Of a DNA stretch of 64,000 bases, positions 50,187 to 60,194 are shown one piece after another. Source of the DNA: an uncultured Paenibacillaceae bacterium (lineage in GTDB: Bacteria; Bacillota; Bacilli; Paenibacillales; CALAME01). A program made the translations under genes and the position numbers. The notes below the pieces were generated by a model. It made no database searches, was not told the origin of the DNA, and saw only the letters and a list, made by a program, of their open reading frames with translations. The stretch's first letter is position 1, and the number at the start of each line of letters is the position of its first letter. Where the stretch lies: assembly GCA_937925675.1 (NCBI GenBank), contig CALAME010000086.1, forward strand, positions 13,852-77,851, in the 5' to 3' direction.

Positions 50187-51055
50187 GCCTCCACCTCCTG
50201 CTTGCGCATTTTATGAAGCAGCGGAATCGATACGATAGCGACGAACAGGAACAAGACCGTGTTCAAAGCCGTACCCAGACCCCAGCGGCCTTCACCGAAC
50301 AGAACCAGGATGTAGGTGGCGAGAACCTGCGAAGCGTTTCCGGGTCCGCCATTCGTCAAGGCGTAAACTTCGCTGAAGACGCGGATTCCGCCGATCAGGC
50401 TCAAAATGACATTGATGTTGATGGACGCAGCCATCAGCGGCAACGTAATGTGGCGAAGACGTTGCCAAGCGTTGGCGCCATCAATTTTGGCCGCTTCATA
50501 AAATTCGCTGGAAATGCCCTGAAGTCCAGCAAGATAGATCGCCATATGATAGCCGGCCCATTGCCAGATCGATACCGCTGCAATCGTAAAGACGACCACT
50601 TTCGTATCTGCGAGCCAGGCTTTGGTCATAAAATCCAATCCAACCGCAGACAACATGCGATTGAGCAGTCCGTTCGGATGGAGAATCGGAATAAAGACAA
50701 GCCCGATGACGATCGTCGATACGATAGCCGGCGCATAAAAAATGCCCCGCAGCCAATTCCTTGTCTTCAGCCCCAAGTTCATGGCCAGCGCAAGCAGAAG
50801 ACCGATCAGGTTTTTGAAAATGACGACGATCACAGCATAGATCAGGGTGTTTTTAATGGCCAGCATCGTCACGCTGTTAGTGAAAATATAGCGAAAATTT
50901 TCCAAGCCGTTAAATTCGATGGTGCCTTTGGTCGGCGACCAATCCGTAAACGAATAAAGAAACCCTGTCATCGTAGGGTAGATAAAAAAGACGACATACA
51001 GAATCAGCGCCGGGACGACCAGCCAGTAGGAATACATTTGCAAACTTCGCTTCAT
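50183..51055 (-). CDS. carbohydrate ABC transporter permease (MalF-like)
   Basis: EAA loop FYEAAKIDGANAWQRLRHITLPL. The ATG at 51055 follows AGAGAGGGA. The ORF is open to 51079. Confidence 0.9.
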   Translation of the reverse strand: MKRSLQMYSYWLVVPALILYVVFFIYPTMTGFLYSFTDWSPTKGTIEFNGLENFRYIFTNSVTMLAIKNTLIYAVIVVIFKNLIGLLLALAMNLGLKTRNWLRGIFYAPAIVSTIVIGLVFIPILHPNGLLNRMLSAVGLDFMTKAWLADTKVVVFTIAAVSIWQWAGYHMAIYLAGLQGISSEFYEAAKIDGANAWQRLRHITLPLMAASININVILSLIGGIRVFSEVYALTNGGPGNASQVLATYILVLFGEGRWGLGTALNTVLFLFVAIVSIPLLHKMRKQEVEA

Positions 51056-51084
51056 GGCGGTCCCTCTCTTTCTCATCACTGATA

Positions 51085-51164
51085 AAAAACCTTAAACAGA
51101 GATAAAAGCCTCAAACCGAGCTTGAGCCCGCGTTCATCCGATCCGCGGGCTCAAGTTCGGAGGC
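51085..51164 (-). terminator. intra-operon stem-loop / partial terminator directly after the binding-protein gene
   Basis: Long imperfect stem 51108-51132 / 51144-51164 (core CTTGAGCCCGCG / CGCGGGCTCAAG), followed on the minus strand by the T-rich TTTTATCTCTGTTTAAGGTTTTTTATC. Confidence 0.55.
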
Positions 51165-52508
51165 TCACTCAAATCCGGGATATCCGGCTGCAGTCATCAA
51201 CTCTGCAAATTTTTGATCCCAAGCCTCAAGCACTTCTTTCGGAGTTTTGACGCCAGCGAACATGTCTTGATAGTACTTCCACAATTCGGTCAGGTCGACT
51301 TTCATATAAGCGTTCATTTCGACGACCGTTTTGTTCGTTTGTACATATTCGTCGTAAATCCGTTGTTGCATCGGATTCAATTCAGGCATGTCCGCATCTT
51401 TAACCGACGGCAGGAAAGGCAGGTCGGATTGAGCGCGTGCAATCTGTTCCGGTTGAGACATGAAGTCGATGAATTGTTTTGCCTCTTCCGGATGCTTGGC
51501 GGCCTTCGGAATATGGATCATGCCTCCGAGCTGACCTTGCGAGATCATCAGCTCCGTATCGTTGAAGGCAGGAATCGGGAAGAAATCCAATTCCAGATCC
51601 GGATCTTTCGAGGCCATATCCGTAATAAACCAGTCGCCCATTATCATCATTGCCGCTTGACCGTTGCTAAATACGTTCGGCGCCATGTTATATTCGTCAG
51701 AAAGTGCGGTGTTGGTGATGTATCCTTTTTCATACAGCGCGTAGTATTTGTTCAGAACTTCTTCAAACTCCGGCACTTCCGAAAACTTCACTTCGCCAGC
51801 GTTGATCTGGTCCCACAGTCCCGGTTTGACCTCCTGGGCGATATAACCGAAGGAAGCAGCAGGCCAGATTTGTGCAGTCCAGGCATCTTTAAATGGAGCA
51901 TAGATCGGTGTGATGCCTGCTTCCAGGAGCGCCTCACACACTTCGAGGAATTCATCGTAGCTTGTCGGAGGCGTGAGATTCAAATCGTCGAAAATTTTCT
52001 TGTTATATACGACGATTTGCGCGTCAAGCGGTCTGTGCATCACAAATCCGTAAATGTTTCCGTCAGGAGCCCGCAAGCTGTCGGGATCCGTCAGACGCTC
52101 CACCCAAGGCTCATTGCTCAGGTCGAGCATGTTGTCCATCGTTCTCAGTTCGTTTTCTGCTGATACTTTGTTGAAAACGATCAAATCAGGTGTTTCACCG
52201 GTCGTTAATTTGGTCTGGAGCACGTTTTTAACCTGGTTGTCCGGTGTAAGGATCACATCCACCTTGATCCCTGTCTCTTCTTCAAACTTTTTGATGTTCT
52301 CCTCATTGAATACGTATGGATTGTTGTTCATCATCGCCTGACCGGCTTCGATGGTGAGGGTGACGCCTTTCCCCTGGCTGCCTCCATCTCCAGAGTCCGT
52401 TCCAGCGTCTGACCCGTTTTCTGCCCCGTTATTGCCGCATCCAGCCAACACCAGTAACACGGCTAGCAGGACGAGCAACGGGGTGCTTTTGCGTTTCCAT
52501 GTTTTCAT
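51165..52508 (-). CDS. extracellular solute-binding lipoprotein of a sugar ABC transporter
   Basis: Signal peptide plus lipobox LVLAGC. 447 aa. AAAGGGGTGA upstream. Confidence 0.9.
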   Translation of the reverse strand: MKTWKRKSTPLLVLLAVLLVLAGCGNNGAENGSDAGTDSGDGGSQGKGVTLTIEAGQAMMNNNPYVFNEENIKKFEEETGIKVDVILTPDNQVKNVLQTKLTTGETPDLIVFNKVSAENELRTMDNMLDLSNEPWVERLTDPDSLRAPDGNIYGFVMHRPLDAQIVVYNKKIFDDLNLTPPTSYDEFLEVCEALLEAGITPIYAPFKDAWTAQIWPAASFGYIAQEVKPGLWDQINAGEVKFSEVPEFEEVLNKYYALYEKGYITNTALSDEYNMAPNVFSNGQAAMMIMGDWFITDMASKDPDLELDFFPIPAFNDTELMISQGQLGGMIHIPKAAKHPEEAKQFIDFMSQPEQIARAQSDLPFLPSVKDADMPELNPMQQRIYDEYVQTNKTVVEMNAYMKVDLTELWKYYQDMFAGVKTPKEVLEAWDQKFAELMTAAGYPGFE

Positions 52509-52533
52509 CTCTTCAGATCACCCCTTTTTTTAT

Positions 52534-52547
52534 TGAAAGCGCAAACA
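52534..52547. promoter_or_regulatory. cre-like site TGAAAGCGCAAACA in the leader of the binding-protein operon
   Basis: Fits WTGNAANCGNWNNCW. It overlaps the 12-nt perfect palindrome CAAACATGTTTG (52542-52553). Confidence 0.4.
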
Positions 52548-52708
52548 TGTTTGCATTTCCATCTTAACCAAAGCTTCATTGTATTGAAATCATCAGATTT
52601 GCACAAAACATTTGCATTTTTTTAAACTCCTCCTTGCTGTCCGAATTGACCTTCATCTGAAACTGATATATTCTGAAGATTAGCATGTACCCGTAGGAGG
52701 GTTGAACG

Positions 52709-54544
52709 ATGCTATCGAAAATCCGGCTGCAAACAGGCTTTACCCTCGCCTTTTCCGCCGTCATGCTGGCGATCATCCTTGCGATCTATTGGGTGATCGA
52801 TTTCTTTGTGCTCGATGCCTACGAGCAGGTGATGATCAGCAACACGAAGCAGCTGGCACTGGAACTGTCGGAGCAGGTCGACCTTTATCTCAACGATTTG
52901 AACCAGTTGACCCGCAACTCCGTCGGCAATCAAAATTTGAAGGAAGATATGCGACTCCTGGATCAGCTGAACCAAGAATTGACACAGTACGAAACGCTGT
53001 TTTTTGACCGCAATTTTGAGAGCTATTCCTCTTACTTGTTGAATTATTCTGAGCTGAGCCCTTCCAATGTATACATCTACGGTCGGCAAAACCGTTTTAA
53101 ATTTGCCTACGGCGCTTTGCCACTTCATTCCAATTTCGAGACCGTTTATGAACGTTCCCCTGAAAAATTGCGGCCAGGAAGAGCCGTTTTTTATTTCCAC
53201 AATGCCAACACAGCGGATGAAGTGGATCGGCCTTCCGTCAGCATTATACGCGCGTTTTCGGAAATCACCGGCTACGTGTTAGGATATATCGAAATCCAGC
53301 AGGATTATACCATGTTAAACAAACTGGCCAACCTCGGACAAAACGGAACCGTCTACATCCTGGATCAACAGGGACAGATCATTTACCCGGCGGAAAAAGT
53401 CGACGATGACACGCACCAGCTGTTGCATGAGGTCATTCACCACAAAAATGAAGGTTTCCGTACGGACCAATATTTTTATACCGCCCATATTTCGGCGGAC
53501 AGCGGGTTGGCAACGATCGTCAAACGGCCGAACGAACAAGTTTTCGAGCCGTTTTACCGGCTGCGCAACATCACCCTTGTCACCATTCTGGCCGTCAGCG
53601 TTTTTTCGGTCTTTACGGTCTATTTCGTCACAAAACAATTGACCGCGCCGATCCGCCTGTTGCGAAACCGGGTCAAAAAGCTGGATTTTGAAAATTTTTC
53701 CTTGTTCCCCAATCCAAAATCGATGAACAACGAAATCAATTTGCTGAATGAAGCCTTTCAGCAAATGGTACAACGTTTGCGCCGTTCGATGGAACGGGAG
53801 TTGGTCGCCAACCAGGAAAAAATGAAAGCGAGATTTTCCGCGCTGCAAGCGCAGATCGCGCCTCATTTCATTCACAATATTCTGTATCTGATCAGCATCT
53901 CCGCTGAAGAAGGTCGCAAAGAAGATGTCATCAACATGTGCAAACGGCTGTCCGATATGTTGCGGTATATCACCGCTTTTCCGTACCATAACGTGACATT
54001 GGCGGAAGAGATGGAATATACGATCAACTATTTGACCCTGATCCAGTACAAATATGAAGATTTTATCCAGCCGAGTATCGAGGTTGAAGAAGAAGCGAAT
54101 ACTGTTGTATTGCCCCGTTTGACCATCCAGCCGTTTGTCGAAAATGCGATCAAGCATGCGTTCAACAACATTGATCCGCCCTGGAAGATTCGCATCGTCT
54201 GCCGGGTCCGTGAGTCCGAATGGGAAGTCGTGATTGAAGACAACGGCTCCGGAATAGATGCGGACAAATGGGCACACTTGCAAAGACAGATTGACGAACT
54301 CATCACCGAAGAATCTTTTACCCTGGAAAAATCAGAGGAGAGCGGGAGTCTCGGGATCATCAACACCGTCATGCGGCTGAAACTGCTCTACCCTCAAACG
54401 CTGCGCTTTGCCTTGGAAAACAAAACGGACGGGGGCGTCCGGGTCGTCATGGGGGCATCGCTAAAACGGGATACGAATGCAAAAGGAGGACAGCAGGATG
54501 TTTTACGCGATGGTTATCGAGGACAGCAAGCCGATCGCCCGTGA
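52709..54544 (+). CDS. sensor histidine kinase (YesM-like)
   Basis: ATG 7 nt after AGGAGGG. Two TM segments, HAMP. H-box LQAQIAPHFIHNILY, QPFVENAIKHA, DNGSGID. Confidence 0.9.
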   Translation: MLSKIRLQTGFTLAFSAVMLAIILAIYWVIDFFVLDAYEQVMISNTKQLALELSEQVDLYLNDLNQLTRNSVGNQNLKEDMRLLDQLNQELTQYETLFFDRNFESYSSYLLNYSELSPSNVYIYGRQNRFKFAYGALPLHSNFETVYERSPEKLRPGRAVFYFHNANTADEVDRPSVSIIRAFSEITGYVLGYIEIQQDYTMLNKLANLGQNGTVYILDQQGQIIYPAEKVDDDTHQLLHEVIHHKNEGFRTDQYFYTAHISADSGLATIVKRPNEQVFEPFYRLRNITLVTILAVSVFSVFTVYFVTKQLTAPIRLLRNRVKKLDFENFSLFPNPKSMNNEINLLNEAFQQMVQRLRRSMERELVANQEKMKARFSALQAQIAPHFIHNILYLISISAEEGRKEDVINMCKRLSDMLRYITAFPYHNVTLAEEMEYTINYLTLIQYKYEDFIQPSIEVEEEANTVVLPRLTIQPFVENAIKHAFNNIDPPWKIRIVCRVRESEWEVVIEDNGSGIDADKWAHLQRQIDELITEESFTLEKSEESGSLGIINTVMRLKLLYPQTLRFALENKTDGGVRVVMGASLKRDTNAKGGQQDVLRDGYRGQQADRP

Positions 54545-55964
54545 CATCAAACGTCAAGTGGAAGCCGCCCATCCCCGCGTGCGGGTGACAGCGGTTGTCT
54601 ACAACGGACTGGAAGCCTTGCAACTGTTGAAAGAGCATCCGGTCGATCTCGTGATCACAGATATTCGTATGCCGCGCATGGACGGACTGACCTTCATCGC
54701 CGAAGCGAAGCGTCTCCGTCCTCAGCTCAAATTTGTCATCCTGAGCGGTTACAGCGACTTCGATTATGCCCGTCAGGCCATCCAGCTCGGTGTCAGCGAT
54801 TATTTACTAAAACCGCTTGTACAAAGCGAACTGTCGACCATACTTGAGCGACTCGTCAGTGAGATCGAGACCAAACGCCGCATCGAACTGGCCGACCAGA
54901 TTGCCTATAACCTTTCTCAGGAAGATCCAAATAAGGCTTTTGAAATGCCGGGACATTGGCAAGGTTTTTGTCTGGCGGTGATACGCTTTGGCTATTTCAA
55001 GACGGGAAATATAGCGCTCAATCGGGAGGAGCTGGAGCATCATGTCCGGAATCATTTTTCCGATCTGGAATGCATCGTGGCGGACAGCCCCGGTGAAGCG
55101 GAGAAAATTGCGGTGCTGGCCCTGTCTGAAGGCCAAAGCCAATCTATCGATGAAAACATGATGACCTTTCATGCTTTTCTTAAGTCGGTGCATCCGCTGC
55201 CCTTTTTGGCGTACAGTCCGGAGGCCACCTCTTCCCATCAGATTGCTCCCCTTTACCGCATGCTGTCACGCCACCTGGATCATCAGGTGAAACCCGGCAT
55301 GCCGCAATGCTGGTACGTGGAAAGAGAGCTTTATGGAAACCGTATGCAAAACTCAGATTCTTTTGAAGAGCGGGCCAAAACAAAATGCATCGCCCTGATC
55401 AAAAACGGACGTCAATCCGCACTTGAGGAAGAATTGGACGCGCTTGCGAAACATTGGGAAAGTACGCGGGCTTCCATCTTTCAGATCAAAGCGGGTCTGA
55501 ATGCGATGTTTCACGCAGCATTGCCGATGTATCATCCCGATATGGTGGATGAACTGCTCTCCACTTGCGAATCGTATGCGGATATCAGCCGCAAGGCGAT
55601 GGACAAACTTTCCCCGCTCATGGAACAGTCCGAACCGAGAGGACAGATTATCCAGCAGATCGATGATTTTTTTCGGGCCAATCTGCATCGGCATATCAAC
55701 ATGCAGGAGCTGAGTGAAAATCTGAATTATTCGGCCACATACATTATCCGTGTCGTCAAACAGTCGCGCGGCATGACACCGATCGAATATTTCAACAAGA
55801 TGAAAATCGATGAAGCCAAAAAAATGCTGGACTCCAACGAAAACATCATGGTCAAAGATATTGCGGATGCGCTCGGATTTACGAACCAGCATTATTTCAG
55901 CAAAGTGTTTAAACAATACACAGGATGCACGCCCAGCGAATATAAAAATCGCCGCACCCATTAA
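54498..55964 (+). CDS. response regulator with AraC-type HTH output (long linker, 488 aa)
   Basis: The ATG at 54498 follows AAAGGAGG. REC motif VIEDSKP...DIRMPRMDG. C-terminal AraC HTH carries the ending GCTPSEYKN. The start overlaps the kinase 3' end by 47 nt. Confidence 0.85.
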   Translation: MFYAMVIEDSKPIARDIKRQVEAAHPRVRVTAVVYNGLEALQLLKEHPVDLVITDIRMPRMDGLTFIAEAKRLRPQLKFVILSGYSDFDYARQAIQLGVSDYLLKPLVQSELSTILERLVSEIETKRRIELADQIAYNLSQEDPNKAFEMPGHWQGFCLAVIRFGYFKTGNIALNREELEHHVRNHFSDLECIVADSPGEAEKIAVLALSEGQSQSIDENMMTFHAFLKSVHPLPFLAYSPEATSSHQIAPLYRMLSRHLDHQVKPGMPQCWYVERELYGNRMQNSDSFEERAKTKCIALIKNGRQSALEEELDALAKHWESTRASIFQIKAGLNAMFHAALPMYHPDMVDELLSTCESYADISRKAMDKLSPLMEQSEPRGQIIQQIDDFFRANLHRHINMQELSENLNYSATYIIRVVKQSRGMTPIEYFNKMKIDEAKKMLDSNENIMVKDIADALGFTNQHYFSKVFKQYTGCTPSEYKNRRTH

Positions 55965-55966
55965 AC

Positions 55967-56728
55967 TTACCCATGTTTTTCCCGGTAGGAGCCGGGTGTG
56001 CATCCGGCTACTTTTTTAAACACCTTCATGAAATGTTGCGGGTTTTCATACCCGACCTGATGACCGACGACTTGGACGGGCAAATTGCGATGCTTGATCA
56101 AAAGTTCCTTGGCTTTTTCAATGCGGTATTGGCGCAAGAAATGAACAAAAGAGGTTCCGATCTCTTTTTTGAACAGGTAGCTGATGTAGTTGGGGTGCAA
56201 ATCGGTCACAGCGGACAGGTCGTCCAAAGAAAGGTCCTTTTCATAATTTTGCTCGATGTAGTTGATCATTCTCAGAACATGTTCACTGTACTCCTGATCC
56301 CGGTAATCGGACGGTTCCGCTTCGCCAGCCCTCTCCTCCCCTTTTTCTTTTTCCGCAAATATTTCATTGGCGACGGTCCGTAACAAACCGTAAAATTCCA
56401 TCTTGTTGATCGGCTTCAGCAAATAATCGATCACCCGGTAGCGAATGGCTTGTTTGGCATATTCAAATTCATCATACCCCGTCAAAATGACAAACCGGTT
56501 GCACAGCTTTCGCTCTTTGACTTCTGCGATCAGTTCCAGCCCATTTTTGCCGGGCATGTTGATGTCCGTCACGATCAGATCCACTTTGGAATGAGACAAC
56601 AATTCAAGCGCTTCATCGGCATCCGTTGCACTTTCAATATGGGTAAACGGTGTTTTTCCTTCCTTGATCAACTTGACGATACCTTGCAAAATCACAATTT
56701 CATCATCGACGACCAACAACTTCAGCAT
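55967..56728 (-). CDS. response regulator with AraC-type HTH output
   Basis: MLKLLVVDDE...DINMPGKNG. C-terminal AraC HTH carries the ending GCTPGSYRE. 253 aa. Confidence 0.85.
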   Translation of the reverse strand: MLKLLVVDDEIVILQGIVKLIKEGKTPFTHIESATDADEALELLSHSKVDLIVTDINMPGKNGLELIAEVKERKLCNRFVILTGYDEFEYAKQAIRYRVIDYLLKPINKMEFYGLLRTVANEIFAEKEKGEERAGEAEPSDYRDQEYSEHVLRMINYIEQNYEKDLSLDDLSAVTDLHPNYISYLFKKEIGTSFVHFLRQYRIEKAKELLIKHRNLPVQVVGHQVGYENPQHFMKVFKKVAGCTPGSYREKHG

Positions 56729-58556
56729 GTCTGAACATCCCTTTTTTGTTTAAATGAAGACAAATGAAAGTTCCGACACCTTCCTGACTCTCCAGTTCGA
56801 GCCCGGAGTCTGCACCATAAAACAACTTGATTCTTTCGCCGACATTATAGAGTCCGTGTCCGTTATGTCTGTGACCGTTAGGACGGAAGGAGATTTGATG
56901 TTCATCGGCGGAGAGCATCTGTTTTAATTGATGGAGTTTCTCCTCGCTCATACCGGTGCCGTTGTCCTCGATTTGAATGTGAACGTATCGTTCATCTTCC
57001 CATATCTTTAGCTGGATTCGAATCTGCTTTTTGTTTGCCAGTCCGTGAACGATGCAATTTTCCACCAACGGTTGCAAAATAAATGGCGGACAAGGAATGC
57101 GATTCGTATTCGTTCTGATCTTATAGCTCAATACGAGCCGGTTGCCGAGTCTCATCTTGTGAATTTTCATATAGTGATCGATGTATTTGATCTCGTCGCT
57201 CAACCTCACCACCTCATTCTGTTTGGACAAGCTGTAGCGCATCAGTTGTCCAAACGAATAGGCGATGTCGGCCACTTCCTTGTCATCGTTGTTTTCGGCC
57301 AGCATCCGGATCGTTTCCAATGTGTTGTACAAAAAATGCGGTTTCACCTGGGCCTGCAAAGCTCTGTAGGCCGCCTCTTTGCGCAACATCTCCGAGCGCT
57401 GGATTCGGTTGATCAATTCATCCATCCGCTGCAACATCAAGTTGTAGGTCGAAGTCAAATAACCGATCTCATCCTGATTTTCACGGTGGTTGTGAATCAG
57501 CCTGAAATTGTTTTTACCGACGTTTCGCATATGTCGGGCCAGCCTGAGCAGCCGTTTGGTGATCGAAGAGGCAAGGAGATAATAGATCCCCGACAGAATG
57601 AGCAACAGACCCGCGATAATCAAAATCAATACGACCTGCTGTCGGGTCATTCCGGAAAAGACATCTTTCGCATGGCTGATCACGGCTACCCCGATCCCCA
57701 GCTTTTCAATATGCAAATGGTTGACAATGACCCGTTTATGGTCAAGGAAAAAATATGCCGAATTTCCGGCGTTTCGAATGTTGTCGAGCAGTTCTGCTTC
57801 CATTCGCTCCGAGGAAAGTTCAAGATCTTCAGCAAAGTCTTCTGTAAACAAGACAACGTCAGACAGACCGTCATTGCTCAACGTGCCGGTGAAGCGTTCC
57901 ATCAGTCGGGGACTTACTCTGACTTCAAGCACACCGACGTGTTTGGAAAACCTTTCTGCATACATATTCTGATAGTAAACCAGGGTCCACCGACCCGAAC
58001 GGCTTCGTTCATAGAACCATTTCCCGCTTCCCGGCAATACATCCCGAAGTTCCTCTATGATGCGGGGCGGTAAATCATCGAAGCGGACAATCTGATCCGA
58101 TACAATAAAGGCGCTTTCATTATTCGTATACAAGCGAATGTTTTCAAGATTGGCATTTCCGTAAAGCGCATACGAAAAAATCGGTCTGATTTCTTTTAAA
58201 TAATAATAGACATGTTCCCCTTCGGTGTCATAACGCCCATTTAAATAGTCGACAACGGTGGAATTATACTGAAACAACCCATAAATGGACTCCAGTTGCA
58301 ACAAGTCCATATACAGGTTGGAATAGGCCTGCTCAATCACCTGTTGTTTGCTGCTGGCAAACTCTTCGATTACATTTTTATACAGTTGATTGTAAAAATA
58401 TATCCCAAAAGCGATGACCGGTATAAATACGATGATGAAATAACCGATGACCATTTTTTTTACGATACTGAGTCGGTTAAAGAGGGATTTCAACGGTGTG
58501 CACATCCTTATATGTGGAGGAAACAGGGGTCTACACCGACCCCTGTCCGACTCCAT
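56703..58556 (-). CDS. sensor histidine kinase (YesM-like)
   Basis: H-box LQAQVKPHFLYNTLE, QPLVENCIVHG, DNGTGMS. The start is uncertain (58556 or 58505). Confidence 0.85.
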   Translation of the reverse strand: MESDRGRCRPLFPPHIRMCTPLKSLFNRLSIVKKMVIGYFIIVFIPVIAFGIYFYNQLYKNVIEEFASSKQQVIEQAYSNLYMDLLQLESIYGLFQYNSTVVDYLNGRYDTEGEHVYYYLKEIRPIFSYALYGNANLENIRLYTNNESAFIVSDQIVRFDDLPPRIIEELRDVLPGSGKWFYERSRSGRWTLVYYQNMYAERFSKHVGVLEVRVSPRLMERFTGTLSNDGLSDVVLFTEDFAEDLELSSERMEAELLDNIRNAGNSAYFFLDHKRVIVNHLHIEKLGIGVAVISHAKDVFSGMTRQQVVLILIIAGLLLILSGIYYLLASSITKRLLRLARHMRNVGKNNFRLIHNHRENQDEIGYLTSTYNLMLQRMDELINRIQRSEMLRKEAAYRALQAQVKPHFLYNTLETIRMLAENNDDKEVADIAYSFGQLMRYSLSKQNEVVRLSDEIKYIDHYMKIHKMRLGNRLVLSYKIRTNTNRIPCPPFILQPLVENCIVHGLANKKQIRIQLKIWEDERYVHIQIEDNGTGMSEEKLHQLKQMLSADEHQISFRPNGHRHNGHGLYNVGERIKLFYGADSGLELESQEGVGTFICLHLNKKGMFRHAEVVGRR

Positions 58557-58563
58557 GTCCGTC

Positions 58564-60129
58564 TTACTCGAACATTTCCTGCGCTTTTTGCAGTTCGCTG
58601 GTTGCCCATTGATCGAGTTTTTCCAAACCGATCTCTTCCGCTAGCTGAACCATGGTGTTATAGGCTTGTTCAACCTCTGCTTCGGATTCAGCCAGGTATG
58701 CCTTGATTTCTTCGTTTTTGACCATTTCTACGATTCGATCGTAAATGACTTTTTCATCGGTGCCATCACGGAGTTTGACCATTCCGATATCTGGCCGCTG
58801 CACGGTCACTTCTTTAATTTCTTGCAAGGCTTTGGTCGCTTGTGTGCCCGGCACATAACCGCGCAGACCTTCTACAATGGCATCCGAGTACAGATACCAC
58901 CACTTCAGACCTTCACTGTTGATGTATTCCTCATCATTAACATTATAATGGAATACCGGATATCCGTCTTCATGCCAATGCCAGTGTTCTCCCTCGATAC
59001 CGAACATAATCAGCTCTTTTCCTTCTTTTGAAGCCATAAACTCAATCAATTTGATCGATGCTTCCGGATTGGAGTTGTTTTTGGTGATATAGACGCCGGA
59101 AAAACCGGTTCCGGATGAAATGTTTATCGCTTCATCGGTCAACACGGACGGAATCATTTTGAATCTGAAATCGGCTCCTGCTTTTTCCAGTGCGGCATTG
59201 TCTACATCAGCAATGCTTACCGTGTGGCTATGTGCAAAAGCCCGCCCGCTTACGGCATACTCATCATCGATCCGGTCATTGCTGTACGTAAAGTTTTCCG
59301 CCAGTATATATCCGTTGCGATACAATCCGTTCATAAATTTATAAAAATCTAACATGCGGGGATGTGTCAGGACATATCTGAGTCGTCCCTCATCATCCTC
59401 ATACCAGCTGCTGTGCGGCGGGATGCCGAACTGCATTTTGAAATATTGCGGAATCCATTCGATATCCATCGTCATCGGCACCATGTCCGGGTAGTTTGCT
59501 TTCACTTGTTCAAATGCCGACAGCAAATCGTCGATCGACTCGATCGCGGTTATGCCCAGTTCTTCCAGAATATCTTCACGGACAGCAATGCCCGGATTCC
59601 CGTCATTTCCTAAGGCATACGGTTCGTTTTCCCATTCTTCCGGTGTAGCAAACGAATTCAGAATCGTGTACACATTACCATCGGGGGCCCGGTTTACAGC
59701 CAATCTTACAGGATCAATCTCGAAGTCGGGAGCATATTTTTCGATCAATTCATTCCACGGATAGGCCAAATCCGGATTTTCCAAACGCGGTTCTCTCACG
59801 GTAAACACGAGGTCCGGCAAATCCCCGGAAGCAATCATCAAAGGCAACTGCTGCTCGTCGGTAGCCACCGTCACATCCAATGCCACGCCGGTTCGCTTCG
59901 TTATTTCTTCTGCGATCGTTCCTTCCCAGCTGCGCACCGGATACCAGGAATGGTTAATAAACAAGGACAATGTGACGATTTCATCGTTTTCCGTCCCGGC
60001 ACCTTGCCCTCCATCACCGGTACCGGTATTTTCGGACGTAGCGGTATTTCCGCCTCCTCCGCTTGAGCATGCTGCCAATAACGTCAAGATGAGCAGCACG
60101 TTCATGACGATCAACCATCTCTTTTTCAA
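58564..60129 (-). CDS. large extracellular solute-binding lipoprotein (LplA-like)
   Basis: The TTG at 60129 lies 6 nt after GGAGGGG and gives (M)KKRWLIVMNVLLILTLLAAC (lipobox). The track start at 60144 lies inside the SD. Confidence 0.9.
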   Translation of the reverse strand: MKKRWLIVMNVLLILTLLAACSSGGGGNTATSENTGTGDGGQGAGTENDEIVTLSLFINHSWYPVRSWEGTIAEEITKRTGVALDVTVATDEQQLPLMIASGDLPDLVFTVREPRLENPDLAYPWNELIEKYAPDFEIDPVRLAVNRAPDGNVYTILNSFATPEEWENEPYALGNDGNPGIAVREDILEELGITAIESIDDLLSAFEQVKANYPDMVPMTMDIEWIPQYFKMQFGIPPHSSWYEDDEGRLRYVLTHPRMLDFYKFMNGLYRNGYILAENFTYSNDRIDDEYAVSGRAFAHSHTVSIADVDNAALEKAGADFRFKMIPSVLTDEAINISSGTGFSGVYITKNNSNPEASIKLIEFMASKEGKELIMFGIEGEHWHWHEDGYPVFHYNVNDEEYINSEGLKWWYLYSDAIVEGLRGYVPGTQATKALQEIKEVTVQRPDIGMVKLRDGTDEKVIYDRIVEMVKNEEIKAYLAESEAEVEQAYNTMVQLAEEIGLEKLDQWATSELQKAQEMFE

Positions 60130-60194
60130 TGACAACCCCTCCATATGACGTATTTTATATTAAAGCAAAAATGCTTTAATATCATTTTTTGCTA

